DNA of 64,000 nucleotides from Candidatus Spongiisociaceae bacterium (lineage in GTDB: Bacteria; Actinomycetota; Acidimicrobiia; Spongiisociales; Spongiisociaceae), in the NCBI GenBank assembly GCA_965219685.1, contig CBDCOH010000002.1, positions 2,176,001 to 2,240,000 on the forward strand, written 5' to 3'. Below the pieces are notes generated by a model. That model saw only the letters and a list, made by a program, of their open reading frames with translations, was not told the DNA's origin and did no database searches. Both the position numbers and the translations under genes were made by a program. Below, in pieces: positions 37,893 to 47,928 of the stretch; position 1 is the stretch's first letter, and the number at the start of each line of letters is the position of its first letter.

Positions 37893-39119
37893 TCATAGAA
37901 CGGCCGCAAGCCGGAGTGCCTCGTCGAAGGAGGCATCGTTCAGCAGCAGCCGGCGCATCTTCATCAAGGGCCCCATCATGTCGATTGCGAAGGCGCCGCC
38001 CAGCCGGTCTCCCCGCCGGTACAGAGCCATCAGGGCGGGCCCGTCCTCTGCGTCGTGGACGAACACCACCTCGTCCCCGGATGCCAGGCCCACCAGTTGC
38101 AGGCGGTGTCCGTACTGGTCGGACCAGAAGTACGGGATCCCCGAGTAGGCAACAGGGGCGTCGCCGGCGAAGGTGTTGATGATGTTGCGGGCCACCGTGG
38201 TGGACTGCTCCACGGTGTTGGTCCAGTGCTCCACCCTCATGCGCTGCCCGAACCGGGGGTTGTGCCAGGAGGCAAGGTCGCCTAGGGCGTACACACCCGG
38301 GAGGGAGGTCCGCATGTGTCGGTCGCAGATCACCGCCCGGTCGGTAGCCATCCCGGAACCGTCGAGCCACTCGATGTTGGGGATCACCCCGATGCCCACC
38401 ACCACGACATCGCAGGAGACCGCGGACGCGTCCGATAGGTGCACGGCCAATCCGCCGGGTGCTTGGTCCACGCCCACGACGCCGACACCGCAGCGCAGTT
38501 CTGTTCCGTAGGCGCCGTGTAGCGCGGCGCAGCGCTCCCCTACCTCGGCGCCCACCGCCATGACCAAGGGTTGCTCGGCCGCCTCGATGATGGTCACGTC
38601 GATCCCCCTGCTGCGGGCGCTGGCCGCCACCTCGCTGCCGATGAACCCCGCCCCGACCACCACCAGATGGCCCGCATCGTCAAGGGCCGACCGGATCGCG
38701 GTCGAATCGTCGAGCGTGCGCATCACGTTGACTCCGGGCACCGTTTCCATCCCGGGAATCTGTCGGGGACGGGCACCTGTGGCTATCACCGCCGCCTCGT
38801 ATTCCAGCCGCTCACCGGTGGCCAGCGTGATGCTCCGGGAGTCGCCGTCGAGAGAGACAGCCGGCGAGCCGAGCCTCAACTCGATCCCTTGCTCCTCGAA
38901 GAAGTCGGCAGTCCGGAATATGGCGTCATCCGGTTGTTTCTCGCCGGTGAGTACCTCCTTCGAGAGCGGAGGCCGGTCGTAGGGGAGGTGTGCTTCGTCA
39001 CCCGCCAGCGTGATCCGCCCTTCGAAGCCGAGCCTGCGGAGCGCGGAGGCCGTACGCAGTCCGCCCAGCGACGCACCGACGATTACGACCGATGGAGAGT
39101 CGGGACCGGGAACTTTCAC
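37893..39119 (-). CDS. FAD-dependent ferredoxin reductase (GR type)
   Basis: VIVGASLGG, PYDRPPLSK, GAGFIGSE, RVEHWTN, PYFWSDQY; GTG 39119 overlaps the upstream stop. Confidence 0.93.
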   Translation of the reverse strand: MKVPGPDSPSVVIVGASLGGLRTASALRRLGFEGRITLAGDEAHLPYDRPPLSKEVLTGEKQPDDAIFRTADFFEEQGIELRLGSPAVSLDGDSRSITLATGERLEYEAAVIATGARPRQIPGMETVPGVNVMRTLDDSTAIRSALDDAGHLVVVGAGFIGSEVAASARSRGIDVTIIEAAEQPLVMAVGAEVGERCAALHGAYGTELRCGVGVVGVDQAPGGLAVHLSDASAVSCDVVVVGIGVIPNIEWLDGSGMATDRAVICDRHMRTSLPGVYALGDLASWHNPRFGQRMRVEHWTNTVEQSTTVARNIINTFAGDAPVAYSGIPYFWSDQYGHRLQLVGLASGDEVVFVHDAEDGPALMALYRRGDRLGGAFAIDMMGPLMKMRRLLLNDASFDEALRLAAVL

Positions 39120-40168
39120 CCGGTGGGAGCGAGCTCGATCTTGCCGTCCGCGAACTCCAGGAGCCAGCGACGGTAAAGGACCGTGCCGAGGTCGGCTGCC
39201 TTGACGTGCATCTCGGCGGTCAGCTCCACGGGGAGCTCCTCGGGCCGTTGTGACTCGACCACCGGCCTGTCCTGGGCGAGGATCACGTGCTGCATCCGGA
39301 TGAAGTCCTCGTCCCGTTCGAAGGCGTAGTCCCTTGCCACGAAGGTGAAACACCGGGTCCGCTTGCGGCTCACCGGCGCCACCGCGACGAACAGGATGAA
39401 GGTCTCGTTGGGGCCCGCCGAACTGTCCAGCCACATGGCGTTGGGCATGAAGACCCTGTACCGCTTCCAAGCCTCATAGGTCTGACCCTCGTCGGAGACC
39501 ATCGAGTTTTTCGGGTTGTCGGTGTATTCGAGGAAGGGGCCTGCGTTGATGCGGATCTCTCCCCCTTGGCGCACGGCCTCGTAATCAGCGATGACGGCGT
39601 TGTCCCTGTCACCGAGAATTCCGTGATGGACGTGGGCGAAGTGGGAGAAGTCGAAGTAGTTCTCGAGCCGCCTCCCTACCGAGCAGTTCCACTCGTAGGG
39701 TTCCCAGCGCAGGATCCGGAATCCGGGATCGTCGAGTTCGGGCAGCACGGCCGGAGGGAAGACGGGGGGTTCATCGGCGAGGCAGGTCCACACCAGGCCG
39801 CCCGACTCGATAGCCGGGTACACCGGAAGCTGGGCCTTCAGCTTCCCGTTGAGTTCCGGACGGGCCGGAATGTCCACGACTGTGCCCTCCTTGTCGTAGG
39901 CCCACCCGTGGTAGGCGCAGCGCAGCCAGCAACCGTCGATCCGGCCCAGCGACAGCGCCGAGCCCCGGTGGCGGCAGATGTCGTCGAACACGTATGGCTT
40001 GCCGTCGAGCCGGGCCACAGCCAGGCGCGTGTCGAAAAGGGTCACCTGGTGGGGTTTGTCGTTCAGGTCCTCGGAGAAGGCCACCGGTTGCCAGAACCTG
40101 CGCAACTGTTCGTAGAGGCGCTCCTCGCCGGCTACGTCGAGTTGGGTGGTCCCTTGCCGCATCCTCAC
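39116..40168 (-). CDS. Rieske oxygenase alpha subunit, VanA/NdmA-like (paralog 2)
   Basis: CRHRG...CAYHGW; RRLENYFDFSHFAHVH; VESQRPEELP; YRRWL. Confidence 0.93.
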   Translation of the reverse strand: MRMRQGTTQLDVAGEERLYEQLRRFWQPVAFSEDLNDKPHQVTLFDTRLAVARLDGKPYVFDDICRHRGSALSLGRIDGCWLRCAYHGWAYDKEGTVVDIPARPELNGKLKAQLPVYPAIESGGLVWTCLADEPPVFPPAVLPELDDPGFRILRWEPYEWNCSVGRRLENYFDFSHFAHVHHGILGDRDNAVIADYEAVRQGGEIRINAGPFLEYTDNPKNSMVSDEGQTYEAWKRYRVFMPNAMWLDSSAGPNETFILFVAVAPVSRKRTRCFTFVARDYAFERDEDFIRMQHVILAQDRPVVESQRPEELPVELTAEMHVKAADLGTVLYRRWLLEFADGKIELAPTG

Positions 40169-40221
40169 CTCCCCGTCGGGTATCGGTTACCGAACGTACG
40201 CGGCGCCGTGATGAACACGGC

Positions 40222-40422
40222 TCACGCGGTGTGGACGCTTATGGCCTCCACCGGGCAACACACTTCGGCGCTGAGCGCATCGTCGAGGAGTTCGTCGGGA
40301 ACATCCGGCTGGAGCACGATGATCTCCTCGTTGTCGTCGGAGACCTGGAACAGGTCCGGCGCCACCGACGCGCACATTCCGGACACTATGCATGTTGCAT
40401 GGTCGAGTTCGATTGTCGCCAC
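40222..40422 (-). CDS. Single-cluster (3Fe-4S type) ferredoxin
   Basis: CIVSGMC...CCPVEAI; GTG 40422 follows GGAGGAG. Confidence 0.9.
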   Translation of the reverse strand: MATIELDHATCIVSGMCASVAPDLFQVSDDNEEIIVLQPDVPDELLDDALSAEVCCPVEAISVHTA

Positions 40423-40503
40423 GCCGACTCCTCCGCTAGTTCGGCAGCCTTCACGCCGAACTATAGCCCCCATCAATGATGATCATCGGGCCAAGTCCAC
40501 AGA

Positions 40504-40522
40504 ATATGTCTCTAGTCAATAT
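40504..40522. promoter_or_regulatory. ATAT-N11-ATAT candidate operator
   Basis: ATAT GTCTCTAGTCA ATAT upstream of the ferredoxin; recurs at 52496, 56178 and 62564. Confidence 0.55.
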
Positions 40523-40563
40523 TATCGGCGAACCCGGAACCTCCGCCCGGCGACCCTCGATGC

Positions 40564-41616
40564 CTAGCCGCTCGCCAATTCGACCTTCCCGTTGGCGATC
40601 TCGAGCAGCCAGCGCCGGTACTCCAGCGTCCCCAGGTCGGCGCCCTTAACGTGCATCTCGGCGGCGAGATCGGCCGGCAACTCCTCGGGGCGCTGGGACT
40701 CGACGATGGGGCGGTCCTGGTCGGTGACCATCTGGGCGAAGGCCTTGAAGTCGGCGTCGCTGCCCGGGTAGTTGCGTCCAACGTAGGTGAATGCCCGCGT
40801 CCGCTTGCGGTTCACCGGCGCAGCGGCCACCCACAGCACGTAGTCCTCGACCGGCCCGGCATCGCTGTTGAGCTTCATTGCGTTGGGCAGGAAGACGCGG
40901 TAGCGCTTCATGGCATCGTAGGTCTCCCCCGAACCGGACTCCGGGTTGTTCTTGACGTTGTCGGTGAACTCGACGAAGGGGCCGGCGACGAACCGCAACT
41001 CTCCCCCCACCTTCTCCACGTCGTAGTCCTCGATGCGGGGTTGGCTGCTGTCGCCGAGGATGCCGTCGTGTACCCAGGCGAAGTGGGAGAAGTCGAAGTA
41101 GTTCTCCAGGCGGCGGGGCAGCGAACAGTCCCATTCGTAGATGTCCAGGTGGACGAACCTGTAGCTCGGATCGTCGAACTCGGGAATGGACGGCACCGGG
41201 AACTTGGGATCGCCGAGGGTCGTGTAGATGAGCCCGGACACCTCGACCGTCGGGAAGGAGGGCACCCGCACGTTGCGGAAGGCGGGCGAGAGTTCCTCCC
41301 GCGCCGGGACCCGGGTGACCCGGCCCTCCGCGTCGTAGGTCCAGCCGTGGTACGAGCAGCGGAGCTCGCAGCCGTCGATCACCTTCCCCAGCGAGAGGGC
41401 CGCTCCCCGGTGGCGGCAGAGATCCTCGAAGACGCGGGGAGCGCCGTCCAGTCGCACCACCACCAGTTGCTCCTCGAACAGGGTGAAGGCCTGGGGTTCG
41501 TCCTTGAGTTCGTCCGAGTAGGCGATGGGAAACCAGAAGTTCGCCCGCATCTGGTCGTAGAGCCGGTCCTCGGCTGCAACGTCGAGGAAGTCGCTGGTTG
41601 CGTGTCGGGTGGTCAC
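40564..41616 (-). CDS. Rieske oxygenase alpha subunit, VanA/NdmA-like (paralog 3)
   Basis: CRHRG...CSYHGW; RRLENYFDFSHFAWVH; closely similar to paralog 2. Confidence 0.93.
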   Translation of the reverse strand: MTTRHATSDFLDVAAEDRLYDQMRANFWFPIAYSDELKDEPQAFTLFEEQLVVVRLDGAPRVFEDLCRHRGAALSLGKVIDGCELRCSYHGWTYDAEGRVTRVPAREELSPAFRNVRVPSFPTVEVSGLIYTTLGDPKFPVPSIPEFDDPSYRFVHLDIYEWDCSLPRRLENYFDFSHFAWVHDGILGDSSQPRIEDYDVEKVGGELRFVAGPFVEFTDNVKNNPESGSGETYDAMKRYRVFLPNAMKLNSDAGPVEDYVLWVAAAPVNRKRTRAFTYVGRNYPGSDADFKAFAQMVTDQDRPIVESQRPEELPADLAAEMHVKGADLGTLEYRRWLLEIANGKVELASG

Positions 41617-41637
41617 GCTTCGCCTCCTAAAGATCGC

Positions 41638-42138
41638 CTAGGTTCCCTCGGGCGTCTCGACTCCCCATGTCGAGCAGACCGCCTTGACGATGTTCTGGTA
41701 CCCCGTGCACCGGCACAGGTTGCCCGAGAGCAGATCCACCACCTGCTCCGGTTCCCGGAAGTCGTCGGGGTCGACACTCTCGAGGGTCATCAGGAAGCCC
41801 GCGGTGCAGAAACCGCACTGCATGGCGTGGTTCTCGTGGAATGCCTGCTGCATCGGGGTGAGTTCCCCGTCGGTGGCGAGGTCCTCGACTGTTCTGATGG
41901 TGCTTCCGTCGGCCTGGACGGCCAGGGTCGAGCAGGAGCGAATGGAGTCGCCGTCGACGATCACCGTACAGGCGCCGCAGTAGCCGTGCTCGCACCCCAC
42001 GTGGGTGCCGGTCAGGCCGACCACGTCGCGGATGAAGTCGGATAGCAGCAGGCGGGCAGGAACCCGGTAGGTCACCTGCATCCCGTTGATCGTGACCGAA
42101 ACGTCGGCCTCGCGAGAGCCGTAGTTGGAAGCCATCAA
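41638..42138 (-). CDS. Xanthine dehydrogenase family 2Fe-2S small subunit (set 3)
   Basis: GCEHGYCGACTV, QCGFCTAG, NLCRCTGY. Confidence 0.94.
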   Translation of the reverse strand: MMASNYGSREADVSVTINGMQVTYRVPARLLLSDFIRDVVGLTGTHVGCEHGYCGACTVIVDGDSIRSCSTLAVQADGSTIRTVEDLATDGELTPMQQAFHENHAMQCGFCTAGFLMTLESVDPDDFREPEQVVDLLSGNLCRCTGYQNIVKAVCSTWGVETPEGT

Positions 42139-43010
42139 ACCCCCGTCCCATCTCCATTGGATGTGACCGCCGACCGGGCGGCCCTCACCACCAGCGCGCC
42201 GAGCGCCTCCCTGCGGTACTCGGCCGTCGCGTGTACATCGTCGACCGCGTCGGCGGCGTCCTCGTATGCCGCTGCATACACATCCGACCCGTCATCACCT
42301 GGCTCGAATCCCTGCATGGCCCCCTCCGCGCTTGCAATCCGGCTCGCCACACCGCTCACCCCGAAGCTGACCAGCCGCGCCCCGTTGATCCCTCCGCCTC
42401 GAAGGTCGAAGGATGCTGCGATGCCGGCGATGGCGAAGTCACCCGAGCGCCGGGCGATCTCGTCCACAACGGTCACAGTAGCGGGAGGCTCCGCCGGGAA
42501 GTGAACCCCGGTCACGATCTCCCTATGGGCGAGGTCGGTCCAGAAGGGTCCGAGGAAGAAGTCATCCGCCGCTACCGTCCTCTCACCGGCCGGGCCCCGG
42601 ACCGTGAGCGTCGCTCGGGAGGCTATGGCCAGGGCCGGCAGCTCGGCGGCCGGATCGGCGTGGGCGAGGCTACCGCACACCGTACCCCGGTTCCTGATCT
42701 GCAGGTGCCCCACGAAGCGCAGCGCTTTCCGCAGACCGGGCACCAAGCCGGCCACCGCGGCGGAGGCCATGACCCGGCTCTGGGTCACCGAGGCCCCGAT
42801 CGTGACGCCGCCGGAACCCGCCTCCAGACCGTTGAGCCCGTCCACCCCCCTGATGTCCACCAGGAGGTCCGGCAGGGCGAGGCGGAAGTTCATGCTTGGT
42901 ATGAGGCTCTGCCCTCCGGCCAGCACCTTGGCGGCGTCGGAGGAAGCCAGGGCGGCTACCGCATCGCCGATCGTGGAGGGCCGGTAGTAGTCGAAGGCGG
43001 CAGGCTTCAT
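42135..43010 (-). CDS. Xanthine dehydrogenase family FAD-binding medium subunit (set 3)
   Basis: MKPAAFDY, LAGGQSLIP, GHLQIRNRGTVCGSLAHADPAAE, RRSGDFA. Confidence 0.94.
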   Translation of the reverse strand: MKPAAFDYYRPSTIGDAVAALASSDAAKVLAGGQSLIPSMNFRLALPDLLVDIRGVDGLNGLEAGSGGVTIGASVTQSRVMASAAVAGLVPGLRKALRFVGHLQIRNRGTVCGSLAHADPAAELPALAIASRATLTVRGPAGERTVAADDFFLGPFWTDLAHREIVTGVHFPAEPPATVTVVDEIARRSGDFAIAGIAASFDLRGGGINGARLVSFGVSGVASRIASAEGAMQGFEPGDDGSDVYAAAYEDAADAVDDVHATAEYRREALGALVVRAARSAVTSNGDGTGV

Positions 43011-45433
43011 CGTTCACCCCGTGCGGCCGACGCCTCCCTGATTGCCTGCCGTATTGCGGACGGCGTGACCGGCGTGGCCTTGATCTCGACCCCGAACTCG
43101 GCAAGAGCGTCGGACACCGCCCCGCTCACCACCGCCGCCGGCCCGATCGTGCCTCCCTCCCCGCAGCCCTTCACGCCCAGAGGTTGATCGGGGGAGGGCG
43201 TCTCGAAGTGCTCGACAGTCATCATCGGTACTTCCGAACAGGTGGGATACAGGTACTCCATGAACGAGGCGAATTGGGGCCGGGCCGTCTCGGGGTCGTA
43301 CTGGAAGTGCTCGTACATCGCCCCTGCGATCCCCTGCGCCACTCCGCCGTGGACCTGCCCATCGATGATCATGGGATTGATCATGGTCCCGCAGTCGTGG
43401 ACCACCACGTAGTCCTCGATCCTGATCTCGCCCGTGCTGATCCTCACGCTGACCACGCCGGCGTGGGCTCCGTTCGACCAACTGGCCGCAGCGTTGACCT
43501 TGCCGTCCATGCCGGGGAGGTGCTCGAGTTCGGGCGGCTCGAAGTAACCCGACATCTCGAGGCCGGGCTCCATACCTCTCGGCAGGTCCACCGTGCGGAC
43601 CCAGGCTGCGGTCGCCACCTGTGACCAACTCACTGTCGGCGCTTCGCTGCCTGCCACGTGGAAGTTACCGCCGGACAGCATGACGTCCTCGGCGGCCGCC
43701 TCCAACATGTGGGCCGCTATGTCCCGGGCCTTGGTCATCACCCGATCAGCGGCCATCAGTATCGACCCGCTCATCACGATGGCCGATCGGCTGCCCCACG
43801 CTCCGAGCCCGTACGGGACCCGGTCGGTGTCGCCCATCACCACCGTCACGTCGTCGGGATCCAACCCCAGGGACTCTGCCACCAACTGCGCAGCGGTCGT
43901 CTCGGTGCCCTGGCCCAGGGCGGTGGTGCCGAGCCCCACGCGGGCGGAACCGTCGGGATCGACCCGGAGGGTGGCGGAATCATAACCGGCCCAGTGCCCG
44001 GTGGTGAGGTGGTAGGTGGGGGTGGTGGGCTCCACGTAGTTGGTGTAACCGACCCCCACCCGCACGTCGGGATCGTCGGCGTACTTGGCCTGCACACGCT
44101 CCACGGAGGGGCCGATCAACTCCACGGCCCGCTCCCAGCCCTTGGCGTGCGATCCGGAGTCCACCCTCCCGCCGCCGTGCATCTTGTAGGGCATCTGATC
44201 CTCCTGGAGGATCATCCGGCGGCGGATCTCCACCCGGTCGGTCCCGGTGAGACGGGCCACCCGATCAATGATGCTCTCCATGACGAACATTCCCTCGGGC
44301 ACCCCGAATCCCCGGTAGGCGCCGGCGGGCGTCTTGTTGGTGACCACGCAGAAGTGATGGACCTCCATGTTCGGGAAGTCGTAGCCTCCCGTCAGGCACC
44401 CGCCGGTCACGAACACCGTGGCGGTGCCGGGCATGAAGATCTCGCCGGATCCGACGTCGCAGTAGGCCTTGCAGCGGACGGCCCGGATCGCCCCGTCGTC
44501 GTCATAGGCCACGTCCACGTCGTGGCGCTGGTCCCTCGCGTGCACGGCGGATACCAGGTTCTCGAAGCGGTCCTCGAGCCAGCGGACGGGCCGTCCCAGC
44601 CTGCGGGCTATCCACGGCACGACGATGTCCTCGGGGTACTGGTGGGTCTTGGTGCCGAAGCCCCCTCCCATCGCCGGGCTGATGACCCGGATGCGCGGCT
44701 CGGGAATGCCCGTCATCTCGGCGAGCGTCGTGCGGACGATGTGAGGGCTCTGGGTGGAGGACCAGACCGTGAGATGACCATCAACCTCATCGGCGAGCAC
44801 CCCCCGGCACTCCAGGGGGAGCCCGGTCTGGCGCTGGCTCACGTAGGTGTCGCTGAAGGTGTGATCGGCCTCCTCGAAGGCTTGCGTCACCTCGGGCTTT
44901 TCGGCGGGGAAGTTGACCAGGAAGTTGTCGGGCCAGTCGTCGTAGAGGCGGGGGGCATCCCCGGCCAACGCCTGATCCAGGTCCGCCACGGTAGGAAGCG
45001 GGTCGAACTCGGTGTGCGCAGCCACCAGCGTCGCCGCGTCCTCCGCCACGTACCGGTCGGTGGCGACCACGGCCGCGTAGGGAGAACCGACATATCGCAC
45101 CCGGTCAACCGCGAGGGGCCGCTGGCCCACCGGCTGGATGTAGAGGATCTTGTGCGGGAAGGAGCCCACATCGGCCAGGTCGGCGCCCGTGAACACTGCA
45201 TGCACGCCGGGCAGGGCGAGTGCGGGACCCTTGTCGATGCTGACGATCCGGGCGTGAGCCTCGGGACTCCGCACGAAGGCCACTTCGAGCATGCCGGGCA
45301 GCTTCAGATCGGCGATGTAGCGCTGGCGACCGAGCAGGGAGGACCGATCCTCCCTGCGAGGCACCGCCCTGCCGATGTGTCCGGCCCGATGCCGGATCAT
45401 CGGGTTGATACGCGTGGGACTGTCTACCGTCAT
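43007..45433 (-). CDS. Xanthine dehydrogenase family molybdopterin-binding large subunit (set 3)
   Basis: GGGFGTK, AYRGFG, GAWGSRS, HGGVAQGI, KGCGEGG; ATG 45433 preferred over 45445. Confidence 0.93.
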   Translation of the reverse strand: MTVDSPTRINPMIRHRAGHIGRAVPRREDRSSLLGRQRYIADLKLPGMLEVAFVRSPEAHARIVSIDKGPALALPGVHAVFTGADLADVGSFPHKILYIQPVGQRPLAVDRVRYVGSPYAAVVATDRYVAEDAATLVAAHTEFDPLPTVADLDQALAGDAPRLYDDWPDNFLVNFPAEKPEVTQAFEEADHTFSDTYVSQRQTGLPLECRGVLADEVDGHLTVWSSTQSPHIVRTTLAEMTGIPEPRIRVISPAMGGGFGTKTHQYPEDIVVPWIARRLGRPVRWLEDRFENLVSAVHARDQRHDVDVAYDDDGAIRAVRCKAYCDVGSGEIFMPGTATVFVTGGCLTGGYDFPNMEVHHFCVVTNKTPAGAYRGFGVPEGMFVMESIIDRVARLTGTDRVEIRRRMILQEDQMPYKMHGGGRVDSGSHAKGWERAVELIGPSVERVQAKYADDPDVRVGVGYTNYVEPTTPTYHLTTGHWAGYDSATLRVDPDGSARVGLGTTALGQGTETTAAQLVAESLGLDPDDVTVVMGDTDRVPYGLGAWGSRSAIVMSGSILMAADRVMTKARDIAAHMLEAAAEDVMLSGGNFHVAGSEAPTVSWSQVATAAWVRTVDLPRGMEPGLEMSGYFEPPELEHLPGMDGKVNAAASWSNGAHAGVVSVRISTGEIRIEDYVVVHDCGTMINPMIIDGQVHGGVAQGIAGAMYEHFQYDPETARPQFASFMEYLYPTCSEVPMMTVEHFETPSPDQPLGVKGCGEGGTIGPAAVVSGAVSDALAEFGVEIKATPVTPSAIRQAIREASAARGER

Positions 45434-45878
45434 CTCTCTCCCCAACCTCCCGCGTCAACCCCTCGAACGGGGACTCCTACCGGGTCGAGATTATTGATGT
45501 AATCTAACACGGCCCGCTTTGGTCTGTTGTCAGAACGGCGCCGGCAAGCTGCGTCGGAACCCTATCCGACGAGTCGGCACACCCATCCACTCGGTCGGCC
45601 GTGTCACAGGCCCGCTACATACTGGTATGCAGCCGTAAACACCACCGGTCCGTTGTGCGGTACCGACCGGGCCGGGTCAGGGATTATGTTCGCGGAACCG
45701 ACCCTTGAAGGGCCGGCGGGACGCGTTCGGAGACAGAGGAGGTGGTGGCGGGGGCGGGCCCTACGGAGGGATCCCGTCCGCCGTTTTTCGCGTTCTCCGT
45801 CCCTGGGCCCTGACCGGTGGTGTGGTTGGCGCGCTCCTGCTTCTTCGGGGGAGGCCCCGTAAGTCACAAAGCCGAGGG

Positions 45879-46790
45879 TCAGCGCTCGCCCCGGTGGTAG
45901 GGGATCGTGAGGGACAGCGGCACGTTGGAGCGGCTGCGGTTGAAGACCAGCGCCACGATGGTGAGGACGAAGGGCAATGCCAGCAGCAGCTGGTAGGGAA
46001 GATCGACGTCGCTTGCCTGCAGAGCGAGCTGGGTGGCCTCCAGGAATCCGAACAGCAGCGAACCCACCAACACCCAGGTGGCCCTCCAGTTTCCGAAGAT
46101 CACGATCGCCAGCGCGATCCAACCCCGGCCGGAGATGATGTCAGGGAAGAACAGGCCGGTAGATCCGAGGGAGAGGAAGGACCCGGCCAGGCCGGCCATC
46201 ACTCCGCCGAACACCACCGCCACGTACTGGCGGGAGATGATGCCCACCCCGCGCATGTCGCAAGCCTCGGGATTGTGCCCGACACTCCGTAGCTCGAGCC
46301 CGTACTTGGTCCGGTAGAGAAACACCCACACGATCGGGACCATCACGAACGCGAGCATGGTAAGCCATGGAATGGGGAATATCTCCCAGGGAGCCTCCAT
46401 CGTCTCGACTGTGGGGATATCGATGCTTCCCTCGGCCTCGTAGATGGATCGGTACCAGAAGAAGGCCAGACCTAGACCCAGGATGTTGAGAGCCAAGCCG
46501 GCCACCACCTGATTCACCTTGGCGGTCACGGTCATCAGCGCCATGATGAGCGAAAGGAAGGCACCACCGAGAGCGGCAGCCACCAAGCCGGCCAGAATGC
46601 TGCCCGTCTCGTTGGCGATGTAGAAGCCGGCGAAGGCGCCCATCGTCATGGTTCCCTCAAGGCTGAGGTTCAGGATGCCGCTGCTCTCGCAGACCAACTC
46701 TCCCAGGGCCGCGAGGAGGAGGGGGGTGGCGATCCGCAGCGTGGCCCAGAAAATCCCGACGATGACGGCGCTGGTGAAGAGGTCTTCCAT
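45879..46790 (-). CDS. Nucleoside/BMP-type ABC transporter permease
   Basis: LGELVCESSGILNLSLEG, GRGWIALAIVIFG. Confidence 0.93.
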   Translation of the reverse strand: MEDLFTSAVIVGIFWATLRIATPLLLAALGELVCESSGILNLSLEGTMTMGAFAGFYIANETGSILAGLVAAALGGAFLSLIMALMTVTAKVNQVVAGLALNILGLGLAFFWYRSIYEAEGSIDIPTVETMEAPWEIFPIPWLTMLAFVMVPIVWVFLYRTKYGLELRSVGHNPEACDMRGVGIISRQYVAVVFGGVMAGLAGSFLSLGSTGLFFPDIISGRGWIALAIVIFGNWRATWVLVGSLLFGFLEATQLALQASDVDLPYQLLLALPFVLTIVALVFNRSRSNVPLSLTIPYHRGER

Positions 46791-46791
46791 G

Positions 46792-47928
46792 TCAGCCGGC
46801 CTTCCGGATCCGGTACCTCGACACCATCGCCGCGATCAGGACCAGAGCCAGGGTGGTCCCCTCGATCACGAACACCAGCGCCTTCGGGATGCCGGTCTCG
46901 TACTGCATGGCGGTTGACCCGTTGACGAGGGCACCGAACAGTACGGCAGCCACGATCACGCCGAGAGGGTGTAGGCGGGCCACCAGGGCGATGATGATGC
47001 CCGTGAAACCGATGCCTTCGGCGATGTCGAGTTGGACACGGTGGTGCAGTCCCAGCAGTTCCCCGGCACCGGCGATACCGGCCAGGGCACCGGAGATGGC
47101 CATGGTGGCGAGGGTCACGGTACCGACCCTGATTCCCTTGTAGCGAGAGGCGACCACGTTGGAGCCGATCCCCCTTATCTCGTATCCCAGGGTGGTGCGT
47201 CGGATGAGCCAGTAGATCACCAGCGCTGCGAGCAGCGCGACCGCGAAACCCCAGTGAAGGCGGCTACCGGTGAAGAACCGGGGCAGGTAGGACGAGTCCG
47301 CCATTCGCTCGGTCTGGTAGTAGAAGGTGTCAGGCGACTGCCAGGGCCCGGCCAGCAGGTAGGAGAGGATGTAGAGGATCACGAAGTTGAGCATGACCGT
47401 GGTGAGGATCTCGTTGGTCCCGTAGCGGACCAGCAGGCCGCTGGCGACTGAGGCCCAGGCCGCACCCGCCAAGGCCGCGAAGATGAACATGGCCACGAAC
47501 AGCAGCGGCGCGGGCAGCCCTCCCCACGTGTCGTAGACGAACCACGTGCCCATGACACCGGCAAAGAACTGGCCCTCGGCGCCGATGTTCCAGACCCCGG
47601 CCCGGAACGCGATCGCGGCCGCCAGACCGGTAAGGATCAACGGTGTCGCCTGCACCAGGGTCTCCAGCGTGGACTCCCAGTTGCCGAATGCCCCGTTGTA
47701 CAGGGCGGCGAAGGAATCGGCCGGGCTCTTCCCGATGATCAGCACCAGGGCGGCGATGATGGCCACCGCCACCACGAGCGCCACCACCAGGGTGACGAAC
47801 TCGTGCCATGGGCGGACCACCAGCCGCTTCTCGATCCGCCAGGCACCGGACTGGAACAGCATCGACAGCGGGTCCCGGCGGTTGGCGCCGGGCGGCGCCT
47901 GGGTCTCGGGAGGAGCTTGGTCGGTCAT
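46792..47928 (-). CDS. Nucleoside/BMP-type ABC transporter permease
   Basis: ATPLILTGLA, WNIGAEGQ, NEILTTVMLNF. Confidence 0.93.
   Translation of the reverse strand: MTDQAPPETQAPPGANRRDPLSMLFQSGAWRIEKRLVVRPWHEFVTLVVALVVAVAIIAALVLIIGKSPADSFAALYNGAFGNWESTLETLVQATPLILTGLAAAIAFRAGVWNIGAEGQFFAGVMGTWFVYDTWGGLPAPLLFVAMFIFAALAGAAWASVASGLLVRYGTNEILTTVMLNFVILYILSYLLAGPWQSPDTFYYQTERMADSSYLPRFFTGSRLHWGFAVALLAALVIYWLIRRTTLGYEIRGIGSNVVASRYKGIRVGTVTLATMAISGALAGIAGAGELLGLHHRVQLDIAEGIGFTGIIIALVARLHPLGVIVAAVLFGALVNGSTAMQYETGIPKALVFVIEGTTLALVLIAAMVSRYRIRKAG

Noticed and set aside
45830-45865. Moco riboswitch (GCCTCCC...GGAG on the minus strand)
   Set aside because: Only the short 3' motif resembles it, the 5' part would fall inside the permease CDS, and it lies about 400 bp from the Mo-enzyme start.
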